Shown here: positions 42,493-54,377 of the stretch, piece after piece | Numbering within the stretch: position 1 is the stretch's first letter | How the letters are laid out: each line of letters begins with the position of its first letter | Source of the DNA: Candidatus Kapaibacterium sp. | Lineage (GTDB): Bacteria > Bacteroidota > Ignavibacteria > Kapaibacteriales > NICIL-2 | Direction: 5' to 3' | NCBI GenBank assembly: GCA_026003475.1 | Contig: BPHJ01000001.1 | Location: 1,922,098 to 1,986,097 of the forward strand | DNA: 64,000 nucleotides | Made by a program: the position numbers and the translations under genes | Notes under the pieces: model-generated | The model's input: only the letters and a program-made list of their open reading frames with translations | Database searches by the model: none | What the model was told of the DNA's origin: nothing

Positions 42493-43815
42493 ATGGCATT
42501 GCACCCGATTCTGCAAGAAAAACTTGTCGCTGGCTTCGAGCCGGTCAGGCTCGAAGAGCTGACCCGAAGGGACGCACGGCTGCCTGCCATCAAGAACAAG
42601 GTCCATACAGTGCTCGGCATGCGGCGGGTCGGCAAAACCACCTTCTTGCGCCAGGTGCAGCAGGAACAGCAGCAGGCGCTTGCCCCAGAACGGGCGGTGT
42701 ACGTAAGCTTCGATGACGATCGTCTGGCGGACCTGCCGCTTTCGCAGCTCGATGCGCTCGTGGAGGAGTACTACCGCACGTTTCCCCATCTCCGTGGTCG
42801 CGAGCTCGTGTGGTGGTTTTTCGATGAGATACAGGTGGTTGCAGGCTGGGAGCGGTTCGTCCGGCGATTGATGGACACGGAAAAGGTGGCGGTGGTCGTT
42901 TCCGGTTCCTCAGCTCGTCTTCTCTCCCGCGAGGTCCATACTTCCTTGCGGGGCCGCGGATTTGAAACGGTTCTACGCCCCTTTAGCTTCCGCGAATTCC
43001 TTCGTCACCGGAACGAAGAGCCGACCAAACCCCTCGCGCGCCTGAGTGCGGCCGAGCGCTCGCTCATCGAGAAGCGCGTGCTCGAATATCTGCAGGTGGG
43101 TGGGTTCCCCGAGGCTCAGGGGTTGGATCTGCGCCTGCGCATTCAACTGCTGCAGAGTTATGTGGACACGCTGCTTCTGCGCGATGTGGTCGAGCGCTAC
43201 CAGGTGAGCCAGATCGCTGCGCTTCGCTCGATTACTCGGACTTGTCTGCGCAACCCGGCCGCGCTCCAGAGTGCGCACGCTCTCTACCGCGACCTCAAAT
43301 CCCAGGGGTATGCTGTTTCCAAAGACACGGTACACGCCCTTCTCGGATACCTGGTGGATGCCTTTTTGCTGACGCTTGTGCCGCTGGCGACGGACTCTGA
43401 ACGGCAGCGTAATGCCAATCCGCGCAAAATCTATCCTGCTGACCCAGGGCTGATTCATGCGTTCGATACGAGCGGTCGCGCTAATCTGGGGCGTGCCTTG
43501 GAAACAGCGGTGCTAAACGCCTTGGTCTCACAAGGGGCGGAGGTGGGCTATGTGAAGACTGATGAAGGATTCGAGGTAGATTTTCTCGCGCGCATCCCCG
43601 GCAAGAGGGAACTACTCATCCAGGTATGTGCGGACCCGACCCAGCCAGAGGTTCTCGAACGCGAAGTGCGTGCACTCGACGCAGCAGCTCGCACCCATCC
43701 TCGCGCCGAGCGGATTCTGATTGTGCTGACGCGAGACCAAGCAATTCAGGTGTCGCCCGGCACCATTCGGGTGTGTGCAGCATACGAATGGTTTCTGGAG
43801 GAAGATCTGTTCTAG
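42493..43815 (+). CDS. AAA_14 ATPase with DUF4143 C-terminal domain
   Basis: GMRRVGKT, FFDEIQ, SGSSA, GGFPE, KIYPADPG, EVDF. Confidence 0.9.
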   Translation: MALHPILQEKLVAGFEPVRLEELTRRDARLPAIKNKVHTVLGMRRVGKTTFLRQVQQEQQQALAPERAVYVSFDDDRLADLPLSQLDALVEEYYRTFPHLRGRELVWWFFDEIQVVAGWERFVRRLMDTEKVAVVVSGSSARLLSREVHTSLRGRGFETVLRPFSFREFLRHRNEEPTKPLARLSAAERSLIEKRVLEYLQVGGFPEAQGLDLRLRIQLLQSYVDTLLLRDVVERYQVSQIAALRSITRTCLRNPAALQSAHALYRDLKSQGYAVSKDTVHALLGYLVDAFLLTLVPLATDSERQRNANPRKIYPADPGLIHAFDTSGRANLGRALETAVLNALVSQGAEVGYVKTDEGFEVDFLARIPGKRELLIQVCADPTQPEVLEREVRALDAAARTHPRAERILIVLTRDQAIQVSPGTIRVCAAYEWFLEEDLF

Positions 43816-43908
43816 CCTTCGCTACCCTGTGACGTTGTTCGGTCGTAGTTCTTCATTGCCGATGAGCGGGCTCGGGTGCTCGTGGATCGCATGCCGCTGG
43901 AGTGGCCG

Positions 43909-44040
43909 CGCGATGCAGTGGCGTACATCCTGGACCAATTCCCCATCGTCTGCCGCAGGGACGAGGAGCGGTATGGCACCTACCGCACCAAGGAGACAAT
44001 CCATGCGCTCTACGATGCGATGCAGCATAGACGGAGCTGA
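43909..44040 (+). pseudogene. Orphan 3' end of an Eco57I-type MTase, copy 2
   Basis: [43 protein letters not shown]; 114/132 nt identical to copy 1. Confidence 0.8.
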
Positions 44041-44042
44041 GA

Positions 44043-44105
44043 AACTCCCCATTCGCCATTCGCCACTCGCCATTCGCTACTCGCCACTCCCCACTCGCCA
44101 CTCGC
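44043..44105. repeat. Intergenic heptamer array (9 units, starts AACTCCC)
   Basis: Read directly. Confidence 0.95.
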
Positions 44106-44118
44106 TAATTTTGCCCCA

Positions 44119-47100
44119 ATGCCAAGCATTCTCGACTTTCACGACAGCGTCCTCGGCGAGTACAGCGATTTTGTCCGCTCGTTTCTGCACATTGCCGACG
44201 AGCGCGTGCGGGAGTTTGTCGATCATGAGCTGCAGCACGGGCGGCATCTTTGGCCGGAGCCGATGGTGCAGATCAGTCCAGCCTACGCACGTGCGGCAGA
44301 TGTTGATCAGCTCGCCCAGCGCGGGGTACTCCATCCCGACACACAAGCGACGTTCCGGACTTCGAGTGGAGAACCGTTTGTGCTCTACCAGCACCAGGTC
44401 GAGGCATTCGAGCGAGTTTCGCAGCGCAGGAGCATCGTGGTCACGACTGGGACGGGTTCGGGGAAGAGTTTGTGCTACTTTTTGCCGATCCTCGACGAGA
44501 TCATGCGCAATCCAGTGCGGGACAAAACAGTAGCGCTGCTGGTGTACCCGATGAACGCGCTGGTCAATTCGCAGGTGGAGGCGCTCCAGCGTTGGAAGCG
44601 CGTCTTCGAGGAGTACACCGGGCGGACGTTTCCGGTGACGTTTGCCAAGTACACGGGAGAAACGACCGAGCAAGAGCGGAACGCGATGCGGGAGCAGCCG
44701 CCGCACCTCATCTTGACCAACTACATGATGGTGGAGCTGATGCTCGTGCGGCCGGAGGATCGGCGATTCCTCGATGCAGCAGGCGGTGGTTTGCGCTATG
44801 TGGTCTTCGACGAACTGCATACCTACCGCGGACGGCAAGGAGCAGACGTAGCGATGCTCATCCGACGGTTGAAGGCGCGTGCGGCAACGCCCGACGTTGT
44901 GCACATAGGCACTAGTGCGACGATGGTCTCGCAGCCGGGGGCGAGTGCTGCCGAGCGTCGGCAGGTCGTTGCGGAGTTCGCACGGCGTTTCTTCGGGCAT
45001 CCGTTTACGCCGGATGACGTCATCGAGGAAACGCTCCAGCTGCCATCGAACAGCAGAACGCCAGCGCCGGAGGAACTCCGCACTGCGATTGAGGCTGGAA
45101 GCCAGGAAGGGATGGAGACCTTGCTCGGATGGGTTGAGCAGTACTTAGGGGTCGTGGTCGCCGGTGATGGTCGGATCGAACGTCGGCCGCCGACGACGAT
45201 CGCCGAGGCTGCCGCTGCGCTTGCGCAGCTGACGGGCCAGTCCCTCGAACGCTGCGCCGATGCACTCAGCAAGACACTGGCCTGGGCGAGCAGCACGCGG
45301 CGTGTCGCGCTCAAGCTCCACCAGTTCATTGCCCAGAGTGGCGCAGTTCACGCAACGCTCGAAGCCGCCGATCGCCGCATGCTCACGCTCGACGAACAGA
45401 TACGCACAGCGGACAATCGGCTGTTGGCACCGCTCAAGTTCTGTCGCGTCTGCGGGCAGGAGTACTACTGCGTCGTCCTTGCGGATCGGTCCGTGCTCCC
45501 GCGGCATGACGGCCAGCAGGATTTGCCGCCTGAGGGGATGCCTGGCTACGCGATGCTCGCCGGCAATCCGCCCGTGGAGGATCCAGAGTTGCCCGAGGAG
45601 TGGCTCGATGCGCGAGGTTCGGTGAAGAAAGATTATCGCGACGCCGTGCCGCGCCTGCTCTGGGTTCGCCCCGACGGTCGCCTTGCCGAGAGCGGCAGCG
45701 ATCCGGAAGCAACGGCGATGTGGTTTCAGCCGGAGCCGTTTCTGCTCTGCATGCGCTGCGGCGAGTACTACAGTCGCCGCGAGAGCGAATTCCGCAAGCT
45801 TGTTTCGCTCTCGAGCGAGGCGCGGTCGAGTGCGACGACGGTCTTGGCAGTCTCAGTGTTGCGCCACGCAGCGCGCACGGGGGCAGTGCGCCAGAAGCTG
45901 CTGACGTTCACCGACAATCGCCAGGATGCATCGCTCCAGGCGGGGCACTTCAACGATTTCGTCCACGTGGCAGTTCTCCGCTCGGCGCTCATCAGTGCGC
46001 TTGAAGGGGCAGGCCCTGATGGGCTGACCCATGATGAAGTGGCAATGAAGACCGTCCGTGCTCTGCGAGGATCTGCGCAGGGGCTCCGGCTCTCCGACAT
46101 CGCCCAGAACGCGCAGCTTGACGAGAATTCACCGGCGGCAGAGCGCGTCTGGGAGACGTTCACGGAGTTGACCGAATATCGGCTTATCCAGGATTTGCGG
46201 CGTGGCTGGCGGATCGTGCAGCCGAATTTGGAAGACGTCGGGCTGCTGCGCATCGAGTACGACGGATTAGATCGGCTCTGCGCTCGCGACGAGATTTGGC
46301 AGGGGACGGTCCTTGCCGGAACTTCTGTGGAGGAGCGGCAGGCAATCCTCTGGCCGCTGCTGGAGTACTTGCGCACGCAGCTTGCGATCGCGGTGCGTGT
46401 TCTCGAACCGGACTACCAGCGGCAGCTTCGCCGCCGCGCTGAGCAATTGCTCGGTGAATTCTGGGGACTTGATCCCGACAGCGATGAGTTGCATCCGGCT
46501 AAGTACGCAGTGCTCCCGGGGACATCGGAACGCCAGCGGCCGAGCGGCATCAGTCTCAGTGAGCGGAGCAAGGTTTGGCGTTTCCTGCGCCGACGGCTCG
46601 GATTGGACAGTGCACAGCATCGGCCCGCACTGCAGGGACTGCTCGATGTGCTCACGCAACAGGGCTACCTCCGAAAGCTCGATCCGATCGGTGATCACCA
46701 ACGGTACCAGCTCGATGTAACGTGCATCCGGTGGGTACGCGGTGACGGTACGCCGCCACCACTGGATCCGCTCGGTGGCCGTCACACCACTACGCGTACA
46801 GAGGCGATGCGGCCGATCAACGAGTTTTTCCGGCGCTTTTACTGCGAATCTGCTGCTGAACTTGCTACGTTCGAAGCGCGAGAGCACACTGCTCAGGTTG
46901 TCGCCAGTGGTGAGCGCCAGCGGCGTGAACGTCGGTTCCGCTGGGAAGACAGCGACTCCACCAAGGAACGCGAGCTTGGGCGGCGACTGCCCTACTTGGT
47001 CTGCTCGCCGACGATGGAATTGGGCATAGACATTGCTGATCTCGACGTGGTACATCTGCGGAATGTGCCACCATCACCAGCTAACTACGCGCAGCGGAGC

Positions 47101-49173
47101 GGGCGCGCTGGGCGCAACGGGCAAGCAGGGGTAATCTACACGTACTGCGGTGCACGCAATCCGCACGACCGATACTTTTTCCGCAATCGCGCGCAGATGG
47201 TCGCCGGGAGCGTCCGTGCGCCGATGCTGGATTTGGCAAACGAGAATTTGTTGCGTGTGCACCTCCACGCTCTCTGGCTGGCGCGGGTAAACGTGCCGCT
47301 GGGGAATTCGATCGAGAACGTCCTCGACCTTGAGCGTGCGGACTTGCCGTTGCGGGAGGACGTCCGTTTAGCGATGGAGCTCTCCGAACGTGATCGCCGG
47401 TCGCTGCGGGAGGAAATGCACCGCGTGCTCAGCAGCGACCGCGACGACCTCGAGAGTGTGCCGTGGTTTGGGGACGATTGGATCGATCGCATCCTCAAGG
47501 AAGCGCCGGCCACCTTCGATCGCGCATTCGATCGGTGGCGGGAGCTGTACCGCGCTGCTAACGAGCAACTCAGACGCGCTCGCATTGAGGAGGACCGCTC
47601 CCGCAACGACCGCGAGGGGCAGCAGCGTGCCAAACGCCGGCAGGACGAAGCGCGCCGCCAACTCAATCTACTGCTGCAAGTCAACGTCGCGCGGGAGGAA
47701 GGCGAGTTCTACCCCTATCGCTACCTTGCCAGCGAAGGCTTCTTGCCCGGGTACAACTTCCCGGCGCTACCGGTGCGTGCCTGGATCCCGCGTGGCGACG
47801 GTGAGTTCATCGCTCGTCCGCGCGCTGTGGCGTTGCGTGAACTGGCGCCAGGGAATTTTCTCTACCACGAAGGCGCCAAGTGGGAAGTGGTCGGCTTTCA
47901 ACTTCCGCCCGGTGGGTTAGCCGAGCGGAAATTCACCGTGCGGCTCTGCCACCGATGCGGCGGATTTTCGCCATTCGATGCCGACCTCTGCGTGGTGTGT
48001 ACTGAGCGGTTGACGTTGGAGCAGAGCGAGATGGTGTCGCTGTTGGATATGCCGAACGTCCGCACACGTCGCCGCGAGCGCATTACCTCGAACGAAGAAG
48101 ATCGGCAGCGCTCGGGCTACAGCATCGAGACGTACTTCCAATTCAGCGTACTTCCAGGCAGCACGGAGGAAGCCACCGTCGAGCACGATGGCACCGCACT
48201 ATTCCACCTGACGTATGCCCCGGCAGCACGACTGTTGCGGATCAACCATGGCTGGCGCGCCGCAAGTAGCAAAGGATTCCGCATTGACCTCGACACCGGT
48301 GAGATCACCACAACCGATGCCTACGTGGATTCTCCCGCTGAGGATCGGCGCACAGTGGAGACGCTCCGCCTTGCGGTGCAGGATACGCAGAACATCCTCC
48401 TGGTACGCCCTGCCGATCCGGAACTCTTTTCGGACCGTGCCCTGGAAGTAAGCTTTCGCGCAGCACTGCTGCGTGGGCTGCAGCAAGCCTTCCAAGTGGA
48501 TGAAAGTGAACTCGCAGCCGAATGTATCGGGTGCAAGGAGCGTCGAGCGATTCTGCTCTACGAGAACAGCGAAGGTGGTTGCGGTGTGCTTCGGCGGTTA
48601 GTTGGTCAAGCCGATGCACTCGCGCTCGTTGCAAAAGAAGCACTCGCAGCGGCGCACTTCGATGAATCCGGCAACGATTGCATGCCGTCGTGCACGACGG
48701 CATGCTATGAGTGCCTGCTCAGCTACTCGAACCAACTCGATGCTCTCGTGCTCGATCGGCATCGGGTGCGGGAGTTGTTGGTCCGGCTTGCGCGTTCTTC
48801 GACGCTACGGGAATCAGCAGGTGGGCGCTCCTACCAGGAACAGTTCGCATGGCTGGCATCGCAGCTTGACCGGCGGTCGGAGTTAGAGCGGCGGTTCCTT
48901 CGGGAGCTTGCCAACGGTCGGTACCGCTTGCCGGACGATGCGCAGCGAAGCATTGCTCAGCCGCGCTGTGTAGCGGACTTTTTCTACGAACCGAATGTTC
49001 TGATTTTTTGCGACGGCACACCACACGACGAACCCCGACAGCACCAGCGGGATAACTTGCTGCGGGACCAGCTCATTGCATCAGGCTACCGTGTCATCAC
49101 GATCCGCTGGGATCAGTCGATCAGCGATCAAATTCGGCACTACCCCGACGTCTTCGGTCACAGAGCACAGTAA
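44119..49173 (+). CDS. DEAD/DEAH helicase with DUF1998 Zn domain and C-terminal DUF559/Vsr-like nuclease (DrmA-DrmB fusion-like)
   Basis: TGTGSGKS, DELH, YAQRSGRAGR, CTTACYECLLSYSNQ, ADFFY...FCDGTPH. Confidence 0.9.
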   Translation: MPSILDFHDSVLGEYSDFVRSFLHIADERVREFVDHELQHGRHLWPEPMVQISPAYARAADVDQLAQRGVLHPDTQATFRTSSGEPFVLYQHQVEAFERVSQRRSIVVTTGTGSGKSLCYFLPILDEIMRNPVRDKTVALLVYPMNALVNSQVEALQRWKRVFEEYTGRTFPVTFAKYTGETTEQERNAMREQPPHLILTNYMMVELMLVRPEDRRFLDAAGGGLRYVVFDELHTYRGRQGADVAMLIRRLKARAATPDVVHIGTSATMVSQPGASAAERRQVVAEFARRFFGHPFTPDDVIEETLQLPSNSRTPAPEELRTAIEAGSQEGMETLLGWVEQYLGVVVAGDGRIERRPPTTIAEAAAALAQLTGQSLERCADALSKTLAWASSTRRVALKLHQFIAQSGAVHATLEAADRRMLTLDEQIRTADNRLLAPLKFCRVCGQEYYCVVLADRSVLPRHDGQQDLPPEGMPGYAMLAGNPPVEDPELPEEWLDARGSVKKDYRDAVPRLLWVRPDGRLAESGSDPEATAMWFQPEPFLLCMRCGEYYSRRESEFRKLVSLSSEARSSATTVLAVSVLRHAARTGAVRQKLLTFTDNRQDASLQAGHFNDFVHVAVLRSALISALEGAGPDGLTHDEVAMKTVRALRGSAQGLRLSDIAQNAQLDENSPAAERVWETFTELTEYRLIQDLRRGWRIVQPNLEDVGLLRIEYDGLDRLCARDEIWQGTVLAGTSVEERQAILWPLLEYLRTQLAIAVRVLEPDYQRQLRRRAEQLLGEFWGLDPDSDELHPAKYAVLPGTSERQRPSGISLSERSKVWRFLRRRLGLDSAQHRPALQGLLDVLTQQGYLRKLDPIGDHQRYQLDVTCIRWVRGDGTPPPLDPLGGRHTTTRTEAMRPINEFFRRFYCESAAELATFEAREHTAQVVASGERQRRERRFRWEDSDSTKERELGRRLPYLVCSPTMELGIDIADLDVVHLRNVPPSPANYAQRSGRAGRNGQAGVIYTYCGARNPHDRYFFRNRAQMVAGSVRAPMLDLANENLLRVHLHALWLARVNVPLGNSIENVLDLERADLPLREDVRLAMELSERDRRSLREEMHRVLSSDRDDLESVPWFGDDWIDRILKEAPATFDRAFDRWRELYRAANEQLRRARIEEDRSRNDREGQQRAKRRQDEARRQLNLLLQVNVAREEGEFYPYRYLASEGFLPGYNFPALPVRAWIPRGDGEFIARPRAVALRELAPGNFLYHEGAKWEVVGFQLPPGGLAERKFTVRLCHRCGGFSPFDADLCVVCTERLTLEQSEMVSLLDMPNVRTRRRERITSNEEDRQRSGYSIETYFQFSVLPGSTEEATVEHDGTALFHLTYAPAARLLRINHGWRAASSKGFRIDLDTGEITTTDAYVDSPAEDRRTVETLRLAVQDTQNILLVRPADPELFSDRALEVSFRAALLRGLQQAFQVDESELAAECIGCKERRAILLYENSEGGCGVLRRLVGQADALALVAKEALAAAHFDESGNDCMPSCTTACYECLLSYSNQLDALVLDRHRVRELLVRLARSSTLRESAGGRSYQEQFAWLASQLDRRSELERRFLRELANGRYRLPDDAQRSIAQPRCVADFFYEPNVLIFCDGTPHDEPRQHQRDNLLRDQLIASGYRVITIRWDQSISDQIRHYPDVFGHRAQ

Positions 49174-49201
49174 AACTCCCCACTCCCCACTTGCCACTCT
49201 C
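49174..49201. repeat. Degenerate heptamer array (4 units, starts AACTCCC)
   Basis: AACTCCC CACTCCC CACTTGC CACTCTC. Confidence 0.7.
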
Positions 49202-49203
49202 CC

Positions 49204-49527
49204 CTGGCGTGGCTGCGCTCGCTGACCGACGCTCGTTCGGAGCTGGAACGACGCTTCCTCGACCTGCTGGATATGCACGGCGGGCGTCTCCCCGACGACG
49301 CACAGAAAAAAATCCCAGAGGTGCGCTGCATCGCCGATTTCTTCTATGAGCCCAACGTGTGCATCTTCTGCGACGGCTCTGTCCATGATGAGCCGGCGCA
49401 GGCGGCTCGGGATCGCGACGTGCGGGCAGAACTCGTGCGGCGGGGCTACCGCGTGATCGTCATCCGTTACGACCGCGATCTGTTGGAGCAGATCAGGAAG
49501 TACCCTGAGGTATTCGGCATTCGCTAG
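49204..49527 (+). pseudogene. Orphan alternative C-terminal nuclease module of the upstream helicase
   Basis: [19 protein letters not shown]...LPDDAQ...ADFFYEPNV...YPEVFG parallels the helicase end; same reading frame. Confidence 0.85.
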
Positions 49528-49573
49528 CAGGGTCAGCACGCGTGGTTCAGGCAAATGGGGTGGGCTAACCCCA

Positions 49574-49670
49574 ATGTATATTGCTCAGGAACTTGAGCAG
49601 ACTGTCCGAGCGAATGTTTCGATTGACTGGGCGGTACGCGAAAACGTTCGCGCCAACCTGCGGCGGCTTG
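49574..49670 (+). pseudogene. 3' remnant of type I hsdR (DUF3387-like)
   Basis: [30 protein letters not shown] matches the HsdR C-terminal IDWxxRENVRA pattern. Confidence 0.7.
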
Positions 49671-49773
49671 AGGTAGGCTACAGCAGGGGCACAAAGCAAC
49701 GAGCGTTGGCAGTGTTCATTACACCGACAACAACCCTGCGAGCGTTGAAGGTTACAGAATTCGGCGATCTGCG

Positions 49774-49954
49774 ATGATGTCGCAAGCGGAACTACGCTCC
49801 TTCTGGAGCCTTTCGACCGAGGAGGTGCTGGCTGCATTGCAGTCGTCGCCCAACGGTCTGGCAGCGTCCGCTGCCACCGAACGCCTGTGCCCGCATCGGA
49901 CATAGCGTGGCGGAGGCTGTCAAGCGATTGTTCTACAGGCACGAGCGCCAGTAA
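49774..49954 (+). pseudogene. Internally deleted P-type ATPase (MgtA-like) remnant
   Basis: N-terminal FWSLSTEEVLAALQSSPNGLAASAATERL joined to a C-terminal-like VAEAVKRLFYR*. Confidence 0.55.
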
Positions 49955-50071
49955 GTTGGTCGCTAAGATACATCGGACAGGTGCAGGAAGAGGAGTTTAG
50001 AAGTCGCGCACATATGGAAAACAGTATCTTTGCGCAATACGAGACCAGGGCTCGGAGTTCAGTTGTCATAG

Positions 50072-50956
50072 ATGCATGCCGCCGCCAAAAAGCAGCAGTC
50101 GGCGCTCCAGCGATACACCCACTGGCGTGCACTACAAGCTCAGAGACCGACGCCACTGATGCTTGTCGTCGTTATCAGCGCTTGCGTGATCCGCTGGGCG
50201 GACGTTCATTTTGGTTATGCGTGGGTCCGCGCGTTATTTCCCCAGAATTCGGGGGCTCTCCCCGCGGTGATTGCCGAGCTGGTATCCCTTCTCTGGTACG
50301 TTCTGCCGGTCGCTGGTGTGGTGTGCATTCTCCATGGACGGCAGAAAGTATGGAGCGAGCTTGGATTAGCTGGGACGGTTTGGAAAGCTGTTGGCTATGC
50401 GTTTGCTTTTAGCTTTCCTATGTTGCTTTGGTACGCATGGGCCGGTCGGGCGGTGGAGATCTCGGCAGTGCCTCTTCTGGTTTTGGCGCAGCTACGTGCT
50501 GCATTTCGCGAGGAAGTCTTCTACCGCGCGTTTCTTTTTGGCCAGCTATTTCGCCACGGACGGTGGGGGTTCATTCCTGCTGCAGGGTTGAATGCAATGG
50601 TCTTTGCTTCCAGCCATCTCTACCAGGCGACAAGTCTGCTTGAGGGCGCGGCGATCTTCGCGGTGACATTTGTCGGTGCAGCTTGGTTTGCTTGGCTCTA
50701 TGTGGCGTGGGGATATTCGGTGTGGCTGCCGGTGGGGCTGCACTTTTTCATGAATGTGTGGTGGGAGTTGTTTCGCATAGGGGAAACGGCATTCTCCGGG
50801 TCTTTGGGTGTCGAGGTGGCGCGCGTGCTCACAGTAGGAGCGAGCGTTGCTTGGACTGTGTGGAGCGTGCGGCGACGCGGCGCACAGCTTCTGCCACCTG
50901 GCAGCCTCTGGTGGCGCAACAGAGACGGAGGAAACAATACCAACGCACCTGCATAA
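50072..50956 (+). CDS. CPBP (CAAX/Abi) intramembrane metalloprotease
   Basis: EEVFYRA, FASSH, LHFFMN motifs. Confidence 0.88.
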   Translation: MHAAAKKQQSALQRYTHWRALQAQRPTPLMLVVVISACVIRWADVHFGYAWVRALFPQNSGALPAVIAELVSLLWYVLPVAGVVCILHGRQKVWSELGLAGTVWKAVGYAFAFSFPMLLWYAWAGRAVEISAVPLLVLAQLRAAFREEVFYRAFLFGQLFRHGRWGFIPAAGLNAMVFASSHLYQATSLLEGAAIFAVTFVGAAWFAWLYVAWGYSVWLPVGLHFFMNVWWELFRIGETAFSGSLGVEVARVLTVGASVAWTVWSVRRRGAQLLPPGSLWWRNRDGGNNTNAPA

Positions 50957-51031
50957 TTTTGGCATCGAAGCATGCGCAGAGAGCAGTAGCCACTTAGCAC
51001 ATTGCCAGATGCATGGCGCAGTCGAACCTCT

Positions 51032-54373
<3,342 letters not shown>

Positions 54374-54377
54374 AACG

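Noticed and set aside
38310-44040. Diversity-generating retroelement (Avd-like gene plus a ~130-bp repeat pair as TR/VR)
   Set aside because: No reverse transcriptase in the window, and the 18 mismatches between the copies are not adenine-specific; most changed codons are synonymous.
36099-49203. CRISPR array
   Set aside because: These are 7-bp tandem units with no regular repeat-spacer structure, and there are no cas genes.
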